The notes: generated by a model from the sequence alone, not told the origin. A DNA stretch of 64,000 bases from Sphaerochaetaceae bacterium (GCA_024699225.1 JAILPZ010000046.1:1661-65660); one strand, 5' to 3'. Counted from the stretch's first letter, positions 9,400 through 19,417 are shown. Translations and numbers: made by a program.

Positions 9400-10555
9400 A
9401 TTTACCCATCTGCTCGTTCAGCTTCTTTTCTTCTTCTGCTCTCTGTCTGCAGATTTCTGCCCAGCGGGTTGTCTTGCCCAGAAGCTCATCAAAGTCCCTC
9501 ATTACCTGAGGAATATCAATCTTCTGCGGACAGATCTGTGCACATGCACCGCATGAGAGACAGGCTGAAGGAAGCTTGTCAGAAGGAAGAGTGTCCATCC
9601 ACATGACCGGTGTTGCCCTGTTCTGGAACTTCAGGTCGTTGTATGTGGCAATAAGACGCGGAATCTCAAGACCCATCGGGCAGCCGTCCATACAGTATCT
9701 GCAGGCCGTACAGGGAACAGCGTTCTTAAGCTTCTCCGCAACAGCAAATACCTGCTTTTCTTCCTCCTCTGAAAGAGGTCTTCTTTCTTTAAAGATTTCA
9801 ATATTGGCAACCATCTGCTCGTAATTTGACATTCCGCTGAGAATAACTGTCAGATTCTTCTTTCCCTGAAGGAATCTGAAAGCCTTTTCAACAGGCTTAT
9901 CAAGATCCGGAGCTGTTGCAAGCTTACCGCCCCTCAACGGCTCCATAACGCCTATTCCAAAACCTCTCTTTGAAAGATTCTCGTATTTTGTCTTTGCATC
10001 CTGAAGAGTCCAGTCAAGGTAGTTTGTCTCAATCAGGCAGAACTCAAACAGCCCCTCGTGGCGGCTTATGAAAGCCTCAAGATTATCAGGAGCTGCATGG
10101 GAAGAAAGGCCCAGGTGCTTAATTCTTCCTGCCTTCTTCTGTTCAACAAGGTAGTCAATTATTCCCCATTTCGGATCTTCATATACGGGAAATGAATTCT
10201 CATATGCATTATGAAGAAGGTAAATATCAAAATAATCTACACCGCATCTTGAAAGTTGACGCTCAAAGACCGTCTTTACATCAAAGCTGTCCTGAATTGA
10301 ATGACCGGGGAACTTATCAACCAGAAAATAGCTTTCTCTCGGATACTTTGACAGAGCTTTTCCAATCTCTATCTCCGACTTTCCTCCGTGGTAAACATAG
10401 GCCGTATCAAAGTAGTTAACTCCGTTTGCAATTGCATAATCGACCATCTTCTGAAGCTCTTCAGAGTTAATTTCTCCGTCTTCCTTACAGGGAAGGCGCA
10501 TACATCCCAAGCCGAGAGCTGAGATTTTAAGACCTTTAAATTCGTTGTAATACAT
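9398..10555 (-). CDS. aldo/keto reductase with C-terminal 4Fe-4S dicluster domain
   Basis: AKR N-terminal domain (GLGCMRL, DTAYVYHGG) plus two ferredoxin-type Cys motifs (CTACRYCMDGCP, CLSCGACAQICP). The track start is TTG; the ATG at 10555 is preceded by GGAGGGG. Confidence 0.85.
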   Translation of the reverse strand: MYYNEFKGLKISALGLGCMRLPCKEDGEINSEELQKMVDYAIANGVNYFDTAYVYHGGKSEIEIGKALSKYPRESYFLVDKFPGHSIQDSFDVKTVFERQLSRCGVDYFDIYLLHNAYENSFPVYEDPKWGIIDYLVEQKKAGRIKHLGLSSHAAPDNLEAFISRHEGLFEFCLIETNYLDWTLQDAKTKYENLSKRGFGIGVMEPLRGGKLATAPDLDKPVEKAFRFLQGKKNLTVILSGMSNYEQMVANIEIFKERRPLSEEEEKQVFAVAEKLKNAVPCTACRYCMDGCPMGLEIPRLIATYNDLKFQNRATPVMWMDTLPSDKLPSACLSCGACAQICPQKIDIPQVMRDFDELLGKTTRWAEICRQRAEEEKKLNEQMGK

Positions 10556-10599
10556 AAACCCCTCCAAAAAAACACCCGTTTCATAGTATCATAAAAATC

Positions 10600-11334
10600 A
10601 TGATTAACCTAGGAAACGCAGACAGAGCTATAGCTTTTTTAAAAACACAGCATCCGTGGCTGTACACGGATATAACTGAACCACTTCGTCTCGGCACTGC
10701 AGATGAATGCATAATTATTGAAGACTGTGTAATTATCAAAGTCGGAGGAACCTGGATGTGGGCTCCCTTCACAGACAAGGCAGAGACGGAGGCGGCAAAT
10801 CTTATCAAAGAAAAAATGGATAAGGACGACGGCTTGTGCCTGCACTGCTCTCACGACCCTGAGGAAACAAGAAAAATCCTGAATATAGAGGAACGCCTGA
10901 CACCCTGCTATATTGCAGTGCGTCTGACCCAGGATCTTTTTGATATAAAGACCGACGCTGTCCTTAAGCCCCTTACACTTGACTACCTTGATTTTGTCAT
11001 ACAGACATACCGCATGGCAAAGTTCTATGCAAATCCGGAGGAGTCTTTTAGGAAGATAATTGAAGACGGTATGACCGGAGCTTTTATAGACGGAGAAATT
11101 GCAGGCTTTATCGGAAGCCACAGTGAAGGATCTATCGGCATGCTGGAAGTTCTTCCCAAGTTCAGAAGACGCGGCCTGGGCAAGGCCCTGGAACAGTACA
11201 GAATCAACACCTACATAATGGATGGCAAAATTCCGTACTGCCACATACTTGAAACAAATGAGGTCTCCCTGGCCCTGGAAAAGGCCCTTGGCTACAATAT
11301 ATCTGATGAAAGTTCTGTTTACTGGCTGAACTGA
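10600..11334 (+). CDS. GNAT family N-acetyltransferase with an uncharacterised N-terminal half
   Basis: C-terminal acetyl-CoA binding block GMLEVLPKFRRRGLGKAL. No SD. TATCAT lies 7 nt upstream of the ATG. Confidence 0.7.
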   Translation: MINLGNADRAIAFLKTQHPWLYTDITEPLRLGTADECIIIEDCVIIKVGGTWMWAPFTDKAETEAANLIKEKMDKDDGLCLHCSHDPEETRKILNIEERLTPCYIAVRLTQDLFDIKTDAVLKPLTLDYLDFVIQTYRMAKFYANPEESFRKIIEDGMTGAFIDGEIAGFIGSHSEGSIGMLEVLPKFRRRGLGKALEQYRINTYIMDGKIPYCHILETNEVSLALEKALGYNISDESSVYWLN

Positions 11335-11404
11335 TGTTTATAACAAAAGTCTTTCTAGGGCTTCACTCTTGTGTGATATAATAAAAACACGAGGAGGCAA
11401 TGTT

Positions 11405-12034
11405 ATGAATACAGTTATAACAATTGGCAGACAGTTTGGCAGCGGAGGACACGAAGTTGGCCTCAGACTTGCAAAAAAACTTGGAATTCCCTTCTACGAC
11501 AGGGAGCTTCTCAAAATAACAGCTGAAAACAGCAGATTCGCAGAAAGCTATCTCAAGAAGATGGACGAACAGAAACCACACTTCTTAAGCCTCGGATCAG
11601 CATCAGCCTTGTCTACTATTAACAGTTTCTCCATGCTTCTTCCAAATGATGAGGTATTTATTGAGGTTGGTAAGGTAATCAGCCAGCTGGCCCAGAAGAG
11701 TTCATGTGTAATAGTAGGACGCTGTGCAGACTATGTTCTTAAAGATATGGACACAGTTAATATCTTCATATCAGCTGATCTTGAGGACAGAATCAACAGA
11801 AAGCTTGTTCTTGAGGAACATGCCGGAATAACAAAACCGGAAATGAAAAAGATTGTTCTTGAAACAGATAAGAACAGAGCAAAGTTCAGTGAGTATTACA
11901 CACATGAGGAATGGGGAAATGCAAAGAAATATGACCTGTGTATCAACACAAGCAGAGTCGGTATAAACGGCGCAGTAGACCTTATTGTAAAGTACCTTGA
12001 ACTTACAAACAAATCGGGAATCCTGCCAGACTGA
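11405..12034 (+). CDS. cytidylate kinase-like family protein
   Basis: MNTVITIGRQFGSGGHEVGLRLAKKLGIPFYDRELL is the typical N-terminus of the Cytidylate_kin2-type family. SD GAGGAGG at 11391-11397. The track start at 11369 is TTG. Confidence 0.75.
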   Translation: MNTVITIGRQFGSGGHEVGLRLAKKLGIPFYDRELLKITAENSRFAESYLKKMDEQKPHFLSLGSASALSTINSFSMLLPNDEVFIEVGKVISQLAQKSSCVIVGRCADYVLKDMDTVNIFISADLEDRINRKLVLEEHAGITKPEMKKIVLETDKNRAKFSEYYTHEEWGNAKKYDLCINTSRVGINGAVDLIVKYLELTNKSGILPD

Positions 12035-12447
12035 TGAGTGAAAAGTATAAACAGGATCTCTCAGAAAACCACACCCTTGAGGTGTTCCTTGAAGATGAAG
12101 CCGTGTTCTCAAGCTCGGGACACTGGCTTCATCCTTTATTTGAACTGGAAGATTTTTTAAAGAAAATAAAAGTCGACAGAGCCTCTCTTTCCCTTCACGA
12201 CAGTGTTCAGGGCCGCGCTGCAGCCGCTCTGACTGTGAGACTTGGAATAAAGAAGGTCAAAAGCAACGTACTGAGTTCTCTTGCCTTGCCCGTGTATGAA
12301 AAAGCCGGAGCAGAAGTCACATATGAGAGCCTTGTTCCGAAAATAGTCTGCAAGACAGAAGAACTTATTACCGACAGCATGAGTGAAGAAGAAATTTACA
12401 GATTGCTCTGCCAGCGGGCAAACCGTCCTGTCACTGATAAAGACTGA
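12034..12447 (+). CDS. DUF1893 (TM1506-like) domain protein
   Basis: The pattern SSSGHWLHPL...HDSVQGRAAAALTVRLGIKKV...LSSLALPVYEKAGAEVTYESLVPKI matches my recollection of the DUF1893 family. The start overlaps the upstream stop (TGATG). Confidence 0.6.
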   Translation: MSEKYKQDLSENHTLEVFLEDEAVFSSSGHWLHPLFELEDFLKKIKVDRASLSLHDSVQGRAAAALTVRLGIKKVKSNVLSSLALPVYEKAGAEVTYESLVPKIVCKTEELITDSMSEEEIYRLLCQRANRPVTDKD

Positions 12448-13300
12448 CTTTCCCCTCTGTTATTTCCCATTTAACCAGAAGATCATCAAGACCGTTTTCA
12501 GAAGCAAAGGCGCGTGCGCGCGGAGTATCCAGATGAATCGGGTTATGGGCGTCGCTGTTTATGCAGACTTTCACACCTGCCTCTTTTGCCATAGCCCAGA
12601 ACTCAGGAACAGGATAAGGATAACGGATGCTTCCATCCTCTCTTATATGCTTTTTCAGACAGCCCTGCCCGTTTACCTCAAGCGGCATATTATTCTCTTT
12701 GGCACAGGCAATTATCTCAGAAGCTGCACTTTCCATGTCCTTGTCCCACTCTGTGTGGTAACAGTAAAGATCCGGGTGACAGCCGAACAGGAAAAGCCCG
12801 GAAGAAAGCATCTGGGTGTATTCTTCTACGTATTTTGAAAGATACGGCTTTACGTCCCTGCACTTTCCCATATAAAGAAGTCTCTGAGCCTCTTTATCAA
12901 AGAAATAGTGGACAGAACCAATTAAATAGTTAAAACCTGCACCCTCTTTAAGGTATCTGTAATAGTTTGTGTACTGAGTATTCCAGTCGCACTCAGCTCC
13001 AAGCAGGACAGTAAGGGAAGGGACAGCGTTGTATCCGCCCTCTCGGAAGCTGTTTACAACATCTGTATAGGTTTCAAAGGTCTCATACCTCATTCTGTCA
13101 GGGTAGAAATTATCAGGAGTCTGACAGTGCTCAGAGAAACCCAGGACCTTGATGTTTCCAAGCCTGAGGGCCTCAGAAACAAAGTCCCCTATCTCTCCGG
13201 TCCCGTGTCCGCAGTAAAATGAATGTGTGTGGAGGTTAACCTCACTTTGCGTAAAAATAGGCATCAGGATATCCATTATCAGCAAGACTCTGCCCGACAA
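12431..13300 (-). CDS. PHP-domain phosphatase, histidinol-phosphatase HisJ family
   Basis: N-terminal NLHTHSFYCGHG metal-binding motif, and later GFSEH, SVHY and NSDAH blocks. The start is uncertain (TTG at 13300 or ATG at 13264) and neither has an SD. Last gene of the opp transcription unit. Confidence 0.75.
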   Translation of the reverse strand: MSGRVLLIMDILMPIFTQSEVNLHTHSFYCGHGTGEIGDFVSEALRLGNIKVLGFSEHCQTPDNFYPDRMRYETFETYTDVVNSFREGGYNAVPSLTVLLGAECDWNTQYTNYYRYLKEGAGFNYLIGSVHYFFDKEAQRLLYMGKCRDVKPYLSKYVEEYTQMLSSGLFLFGCHPDLYCYHTEWDKDMESAASEIIACAKENNMPLEVNGQGCLKKHIREDGSIRYPYPVPEFWAMAKEAGVKVCINSDAHNPIHLDTPRARAFASENGLDDLLVKWEITEGKVSLYQ

Positions 13301-14003
13301 GGTAGGTCATGTAGTAAAAATAAAGTTCGTTAAGACCCAGATAAGAATCAGAAGCCTCATAGGCTTTTGCAGTCTCAAGAACTGCATCTGAAACATTAAA
13401 AGTTATTATGTACTTCTCAGGATCAAGCACCTCTAAACTGAAATTTGACAAGTCAGAGCAAACAGATTTCAGGGCAGCAATACGCTCGGCCTCGTACTCG
13501 GCATCATAGTTTTCAGAAGTAAGCAAAACCTGCTCAGCCTCGTACGCAAGATTGCAAAAAAGGTTGGCTTCCCCGCTTAAAGTCTTAGCATAAAAGTCAG
13601 TTAAAACGAAGAAAATCTCCTGAGGAACAGCTATCTCCTTGCCCAGATTATTATTTATGGTGGCAAGATTTACATAGCCCGGGTACTCATTTTCAGAATC
13701 AAAGAGAATGTACATTCGCTTAAGCGATTTTGAGTAAAGCCCCGACAGCGTTGAAATATTTTGCCTGATTTCTGACGACGAGCCTTCCATATAGTAAGAA
13801 AGCCCGATTGACGAGGAGTAGAACGGCACGTCAGCATCTGTGGCGGCCTCAATTACCTGCCAGCCCGGATCCTTGTGCCCTATTGAAACAATCGCCGTTG
13901 CAAAAGCTGCAACGGCAATGCCTATGAGCGCGACAAACAGCACTGTCCTCAGTACTACATGTTTGTCGCTGACCTCAATTACTTCTTTATCCTTCACGTT
14001 CAC
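13242..14003 (-). CDS. membrane-anchored hypothetical protein (one N-terminal TM helix, ~210-aa extracytoplasmic domain)
   Basis: TM segment [27 protein letters not shown]. The ATG overlaps the oppF stop (ATGA). By eye only, it weakly resembles the N-terminal two thirds of ApbE-type proteins. Confidence 0.5.
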   Translation of the reverse strand: MNVKDKEVIEVSDKHVVLRTVLFVALIGIAVAAFATAIVSIGHKDPGWQVIEAATDADVPFYSSSIGLSYYMEGSSSEIRQNISTLSGLYSKSLKRMYILFDSENEYPGYVNLATINNNLGKEIAVPQEIFFVLTDFYAKTLSGEANLFCNLAYEAEQVLLTSENYDAEYEAERIAALKSVCSDLSNFSLEVLDPEKYIITFNVSDAVLETAKAYEASDSYLGLNELYFYYMTYLVGQSLADNGYPDAYFYAK

Positions 14004-14950
14004 TTCCCAAAGCGGAGAGCCTTGTATTTCTCAAGTTCAGAAGGACTTGCAGATACAAAGTGTCCGTTTCCAAGATCACAGAGCTCAGGTTTTTCAACAC
14101 TGTAGTCGTGCATCTTTTCCGGCTCGTAAACAAAGAGCTTCTTCTGCTTCTCCAGAATAGGATCAGGAATAGGAATTGCGCTCATAAGGGACTTTGTATA
14201 CGGGTGCATGGGGTGACTGTAGAGCTCTTCTGTCTCGGCAATCTCCATAACCTTACCCTTGTAAATAACAACAATTCTGTCTGAAATGAATCTGACAATA
14301 CTCAGGTCATGAGCAATAAACAGGTAGGTCAGATCCCTTTCCTTCTGGAACTTCTTCAGCAGGTTCAGAACCTGGGCTCTGATACTTACGTCCAGAGCTG
14401 AAATTGGTTCGTCTGCAACAATAAATTCCGGCTCCATGACAATAGAACGGGCCAGGCCAACTCTCTGTCTCTGTCCACCGGAGAACTCATGCGGATAACG
14501 TGTAAGGTGCTCAGGAAGAAGACCTACTTCCTTAATTACATTCTCAACCTTCTGGTAACGGTCCTTCTCATCCTTGTAAAGATGGAAGTTGTAAAGACCT
14601 TCAGAGATAATGTACTCAATTGTAGCTCTTTCATTAAGGGATGCAGCCGGGTCCTGGAAGATCATCTGAATCTTCTTAATAACCTCACGGTCTTCCTTTC
14701 TGCTGAGCTTTCCGGAAATCTTCTTTCCCTTGTAATAAATTGCACCGTTTGAACACGGATTGATTCTTACAATAGCTCTTCCGATTGTTGTCTTACCTGA
14801 ACCGGACTCACCTACCAGTGAAAGAGTCTCGCCCTTGTAAATATCAAAGCTTACGTTGTCGACAGCCTTAAATGTCTTTTTGCCGTTCTTGAATACGACA
14901 TCGAGATTCTGAATAGACAGCACAACTTCTTTATTGTTTTTATCAGTCAT
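14000..14950 (-). CDS. oppF: oligopeptide ABC transporter ATP-binding protein OppF
   Basis: Walker A GESGSGKT, signature FSGGQRQR, Walker B FIVADEP, plus a C-terminal oligopeptide-type extension. The ATG at 14950 has SD AGGAGG. Confidence 0.9.
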   Translation of the reverse strand: MTDKNNKEVVLSIQNLDVVFKNGKKTFKAVDNVSFDIYKGETLSLVGESGSGKTTIGRAIVRINPCSNGAIYYKGKKISGKLSRKEDREVIKKIQMIFQDPAASLNERATIEYIISEGLYNFHLYKDEKDRYQKVENVIKEVGLLPEHLTRYPHEFSGGQRQRVGLARSIVMEPEFIVADEPISALDVSIRAQVLNLLKKFQKERDLTYLFIAHDLSIVRFISDRIVVIYKGKVMEIAETEELYSHPMHPYTKSLMSAIPIPDPILEKQKKLFVYEPEKMHDYSVEKPELCDLGNGHFVSASPSELEKYKALRFGK

Positions 14951-14960
14951 GTTTTCCTCC

Positions 14961-16772
14961 TCATCTCTCAAAATCAACGTAGCTCTTACTCATCTTCTCA
15001 TGGAGATTCTGAATAATCTCAGGCGGCTCAACCTTCGGAGCTCTCGGGTCCAGAAGCCATGTCTTGGCATAGTGTGTTTCACTTACCTTGAACATAGGCG
15101 GTTCCTTTACACGGTCAATGGCCATGGCGTAACTGCTTCTCGGAGCAAACGCATCACCTACAATCTTGTTGTAAAGTGAAGGCGGTGTTCCCGGAATACT
15201 GAACAGGTCGTCACCCTTCTGGGCAAGCTGTGTAAGAGAGGAAAGAAGTGCCCATGTGTACGGGTGCTTCGGCTCATAGAAAATTTCCTCTACCTTACCA
15301 AGTTCAACAATCTGTCCGCCGTAGAGAACAGCAACACGCTCGGCAATATTTGCAACAACACCAAGGTCGTGTGTAATAAAGACTGTTGTAAATCCAAGCT
15401 GCTTCTGCAGATCCTTGATCAGCTGCAGGATCTGGGCCTGAATTGTAACGTCCAGAGCAGTTGTTGGCTCGTCACAGATAAGAATCTTGGGCTGACATGA
15501 AAGAGCAATTGCTATAACAATTCTCTGTCTCATACCACCGGAATACTGGAACGGATAGTCGTTAAAACGCTTTTCCGGCTCAGGGATTCCAACCTTTGCC
15601 ATAATATCAAAGGTTCTCTGCTTAGCCTCTGCCTGTGAACACTTCTGGTGCTTGAGAATAACAGTCATGATCTGCTTTCCGATTGTTACAACAGGGTTAA
15701 GGCTTGTCATAGGATCCTGGAAGACAGTTGCAATCCTTCGTCCTCTGATCTGCTGCCAGTCCTTGGTGTATTTGACCTTTGCACAGTCAATACGAGCCCA
15801 GCCCTCAAGAATGTGCTTGTCGCCTTCCTTGATTTCCTTTGTGAACTTGACCCTGAATACGCATGTCTCAAAAATCTTGTTAAGGACATCCTCATTCTCA
15901 AGGTCCTCACCAATACTCATGGCAAGGCGGAAAGCCTTTCTGAGGCGGAAGATAAACTTAATCTCACTGAGAAGCGGATAGCGGCATGTTGAAAGAAGAA
16001 TCTCATTTGTAATCTCTTCATTTCTCTTGAAAATCTTATCACTGACTCCATACGGATTCTTATCGCTGTCCTTAGTTGCAATCTTAGCCTTTCTCTGACT
16101 TTTAAGTTCGGCAATTGCCTTTTTGTCAGCCTCTACGCGGTTCTTGTCAGAGCGGTAGTCTGCCTTTCTTTTCTTAATCAGATCAGCTTTCTCCTTAAGA
16201 ATCTTAGCCTTCTCTTCACTCCAGGCCTTTATCTTTGCACTTGTCTCATCAAAGTCCTTAGCATCCTGTGCATTGTGACGGCGGTCCAGGGTGTACATGA
16301 AGTTCTTTCTGTCTACAATATCGTCATCCAGGGCTTTGATTCTTGCAGCAAAGTCAGCTTCTTCCTTACTTGTAAGGGTAAGAGCTTCCTTAATCTCCTG
16401 CTGCTTCTGCTTGATCTTTCTGTACTCTGCAGCACCGCGCTCAAGTGTGGAACCTGCGTGGAGCATATGGTCAAAGTACTTCATAAGAAGGTGGTTCTTG
16501 GGATTAACCTCAACGGTTGTCTTTGAGATATCATCGTCGTTGAACAGGATAGTCCCGTTTGAGATAAAACCGTTGGAATCAAGCATTCCTGCAAATGTCT
16601 TTGTAAGAACAGACTTTCCGGAACCGGACTCACCTACGATTGCAAGAGACTCGTTCTCATAAACATCAAGACTTACGTTTCTGATTGCACTGAGAATTCT
16701 TCCTCTGACGTTGAACTTAACGTCTACGTTTTTCAGAGATAACAGGACTTTCTTTTCGTCTTTCTTTTCCAT
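14961..16772 (-). CDS. oppD: oligopeptide ABC transporter ATP-binding protein OppD carrying a ~250-aa charged insertion
   Basis: Walker [10 protein letters not shown]-loop FQDP, signature YSGGMRQR, Walker B ILICDEP. A Lys/Glu/Asp-rich insert lies between Walker A and the Q-loop. The ATG at 16772 has SD GGAGG. Confidence 0.85.
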   Translation of the reverse strand: MEKKDEKKVLLSLKNVDVKFNVRGRILSAIRNVSLDVYENESLAIVGESGSGKSVLTKTFAGMLDSNGFISNGTILFNDDDISKTTVEVNPKNHLLMKYFDHMLHAGSTLERGAAEYRKIKQKQQEIKEALTLTSKEEADFAARIKALDDDIVDRKNFMYTLDRRHNAQDAKDFDETSAKIKAWSEEKAKILKEKADLIKKRKADYRSDKNRVEADKKAIAELKSQRKAKIATKDSDKNPYGVSDKIFKRNEEITNEILLSTCRYPLLSEIKFIFRLRKAFRLAMSIGEDLENEDVLNKIFETCVFRVKFTKEIKEGDKHILEGWARIDCAKVKYTKDWQQIRGRRIATVFQDPMTSLNPVVTIGKQIMTVILKHQKCSQAEAKQRTFDIMAKVGIPEPEKRFNDYPFQYSGGMRQRIVIAIALSCQPKILICDEPTTALDVTIQAQILQLIKDLQKQLGFTTVFITHDLGVVANIAERVAVLYGGQIVELGKVEEIFYEPKHPYTWALLSSLTQLAQKGDDLFSIPGTPPSLYNKIVGDAFAPRSSYAMAIDRVKEPPMFKVSETHYAKTWLLDPRAPKVEPPEIIQNLHEKMSKSYVDFER

Positions 16773-16786
16773 ACTTACCTCCGAAA

Positions 16787-17752
16787 TCACATATGGGTTC
16801 TCGGATCTGTTGCATCAGCAAGGTTCTGTCCGAGAACGTAGAGAATAATAGTAATAAGAGCTGCAATTGCTACAGGTGGCCAGAATTCCCACGGATAGAC
16901 AAGGAAGCCTGTCTGTGCTTCCTGAATCATTCTTCCGAGAGAAGGAATGTTTGCAGAAAGACCTACACCAATGTATGAAAGGAAGACTTCCATACTGATG
17001 TATGAGGGAAGTTCTGTTGCAAGAATTGTAACAATAACAGATGTCAGGAACGGCATGATGTTCTTTGAGATGATTCTTGGAATGGGTGTTCCGAGACATC
17101 TTGAGGCCAGTGAGTATTCACGGTCTCTTATAATCATAACCTGTGTTCTGAAGAAGTATGCAATTGCCAGCCAGCCTGTGATCGTAAGTGCAAAAATGAA
17201 GCTCCAGAAACCGGCTCCAATTACGTAAACCAAAACCGTTATGACAAGAATATAAGGGACGTTGGCAACAATGTTGTAAACAACGAGCATGAACTGGTCC
17301 ACACCCTTTGAATAACCCCAGACTGCACCAACTATAACACCTATAACCATGTTGATTATGGCACAGATGATAGCAAGAACCAGTGAGGTTTTTGCAGAGG
17401 ACCAGATTCCATAGAAAATGGAGTTACCCTGTCCGCCTGTACCGAAAATCCACTTTAATGTAGTTCCGTCTCCTGCAAAGTAAGCCTTTGCTGCAGAAGG
17501 ACTTAAGTTAAAAGAGTTAGCTCTTGTAACATTTTCTGTCGGATTATAAGGGCAGAAAACAGGAATAAGGAAGGCTCCGAGAACAAGTAAAACAAACAGA
17601 CCGATTAAGAACCAGTTTGTCTTCTTCTTAAAGAAAACTCTGAATACTGACTTCCAGTAAGAATATCTTGGGGCAATAATCTTCTCTGATTCTATAGAGT
17701 CGTTGCTTACAAAGGTAAATAATGCATCTTCGTTCATAACTTTTTCGCTCAT
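16787..17752 (-). CDS. oppC: oligopeptide ABC transporter permease OppC
   Basis: 321 aa, about 6 TM helices, with BPD-transporter inner-membrane component organisation. SD AGGAGG upstream. Confidence 0.85.
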   Translation of the reverse strand: MSEKVMNEDALFTFVSNDSIESEKIIAPRYSYWKSVFRVFFKKKTNWFLIGLFVLLVLGAFLIPVFCPYNPTENVTRANSFNLSPSAAKAYFAGDGTTLKWIFGTGGQGNSIFYGIWSSAKTSLVLAIICAIINMVIGVIVGAVWGYSKGVDQFMLVVYNIVANVPYILVITVLVYVIGAGFWSFIFALTITGWLAIAYFFRTQVMIIRDREYSLASRCLGTPIPRIISKNIMPFLTSVIVTILATELPSYISMEVFLSYIGVGLSANIPSLGRMIQEAQTGFLVYPWEFWPPVAIAALITIILYVLGQNLADATDPRTHM

Positions 17753-17754
17753 GA

Positions 17755-19332
17755 TTATCTACCTCCTTTTGTTTCGAATGAGATTCTCGGGTCAACCTTT
17801 GACATAAGAATATCTCCGAGAATAACGGATATAAGTGACAGAGACGTGTAGAACACTGTACAGGCAACAATAATACCGTTGTCATGCCCGTTGACAGCCG
17901 TTGTAAGCAGGTTACCTACGCCGGGAACAGAGTAGACACGTTCTGTGATAATTGCTCCGGTAAGACAGCCGAGAATACTTGACGGAATACCGTGAACAAT
18001 AGGAATAATTGCGTTCTTTGAAATGTGCTGACGGAAAATCTCGCCTTCAGAAAGACCTTCAGCTCTGGCGAACTTGACGTAGTCGCTGTTCATCTGGTCA
18101 ATCATGTATCTTCTCATCCACTTCATGAGACTTCCGATTGAAGGAAGTGCAAGTGAAATTGTAGGAAGAACATAGGCTAAGATCTTAACCTGAGCATTTG
18201 CAAACTTGTATGGCAGGTTAAAGAGCTTTGTACCGATAGCTGCAAACATAAAAATGTAGGCAAGAGACGGAACAGAACCTATGAAGATTATGTACCACAT
18301 ACCAAGCTTATCCAGTAGGCCGTCTTTCTTTCTTGCATTCAGAATTCCAAGAGGAATACCTAAAATATAGGCTCCGATTGTTGCAATAATACCTATTACA
18401 AAAGAAGTCTCAAGCATGGAAAGACCCTTTGTTCTGTAAGTACCTACTGTGTACTTATCAGGGTAGTTCTCCATTTCTGCCTCAGTAAGAGTTCCGTTGT
18501 TGTATGTAAGAGAGTGGAAATCAATTGCGGTCTCAACATACTCGTCAGTACCGACCTTTGCAGGATACTGGGTCTCTTTAACCATCAGTTCTCCTGTAGG
18601 TGTGGTTATTACGTCAGTAATTTCCTGTCCTCTGTACTTGGTAAATGAAACACCCAGGTTAAGGTGAATCCAGTTCCAGTGCATGAACGGGAAGTGACTG
18701 TCGAAATAGACAAGATATTTATGTGTTGTACCGCTACCGACAAGGGCATAGAAACCATTGTACGGGTCCTTCTCAATCCTTATATATCTGTCTGTGAGCT
18801 CAGGGTCCTGAACATCCTTTGTTGACTCAAAGGAGAAAAGATTCTTCATGTAGCTCCAGAGTCTTGAGAACATACTCTTTTCCACAGTAGCAATCAGATA
18901 GCCGGTTCCACCCGGTTTGGTTCTTCCGTTACCGTACTTAATAGGTTCAAGGTATGTTACGGTGTAGCCCTTCTCTTCATAGGTCTTGATAAACTCCTGA
19001 ACGCTCTCGTTATCCAGATACTTGTCAGCGTTCTGAATAGCGTTTCTGGCAGCCTTGAAATCTTCGTTTGTAGTATATGAATCACCATAAAGTGCAACAA
19101 ATTTCTGTTGTATAAATGATGTGTAGTTTGCTAATTCAAGATACCCGTACTTCTGGTACATGGTATATTCGTAAAAAGTTCTTTCGTTGTTACTTCTCTT
19201 GTTCCAGACATCATCTGTCTGAAAGATAACCCTTCTGTCTATAAGAGAATAGACAAGAAGCATAACTGTCAGAATGACAACAAGCAACGAGAAGATTGAA
19301 AAAAGAATTCTCTTAAAAAGGTATTTTTTCAT
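17755..19332 (-). CDS. oppB: oligopeptide ABC transporter permease OppB with enlarged first extracytoplasmic loop
   Basis: 525 aa. TM1 lies at about residues 9-30 and the next TM starts near residue 305. The C-terminal part is a typical DppB/OppB core (ARAEGLSEGEIFRQH..). Confidence 0.85.
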   Translation of the reverse strand: MKKYLFKRILFSIFSLLVVILTVMLLVYSLIDRRVIFQTDDVWNKRSNNERTFYEYTMYQKYGYLELANYTSFIQQKFVALYGDSYTTNEDFKAARNAIQNADKYLDNESVQEFIKTYEEKGYTVTYLEPIKYGNGRTKPGGTGYLIATVEKSMFSRLWSYMKNLFSFESTKDVQDPELTDRYIRIEKDPYNGFYALVGSGTTHKYLVYFDSHFPFMHWNWIHLNLGVSFTKYRGQEITDVITTPTGELMVKETQYPAKVGTDEYVETAIDFHSLTYNNGTLTEAEMENYPDKYTVGTYRTKGLSMLETSFVIGIIATIGAYILGIPLGILNARKKDGLLDKLGMWYIIFIGSVPSLAYIFMFAAIGTKLFNLPYKFANAQVKILAYVLPTISLALPSIGSLMKWMRRYMIDQMNSDYVKFARAEGLSEGEIFRQHISKNAIIPIVHGIPSSILGCLTGAIITERVYSVPGVGNLLTTAVNGHDNGIIVACTVFYTSLSLISVILGDILMSKVDPRISFETKGGR

Positions 19333-19343
19333 TTATTTTTCCA

Positions 19344-19382
19344 GGAAAACAAACATCGGAGGACACACTGTGCCCTCCGATG
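19344..19382 (-). terminator. intercistronic hairpin / partial terminator between oppA and oppB
   Basis: Minus strand reads CATCGGAGGGCAC-AGT-GTGTCCTCCGATG followed by TTTGTTTT. The stem is 13 bp with one mismatch. Confidence 0.55.
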
Positions 19383-19417
19383 CAATTTAAAGATTTTTTA
19401 ACGGAAAGCGTTAATTA

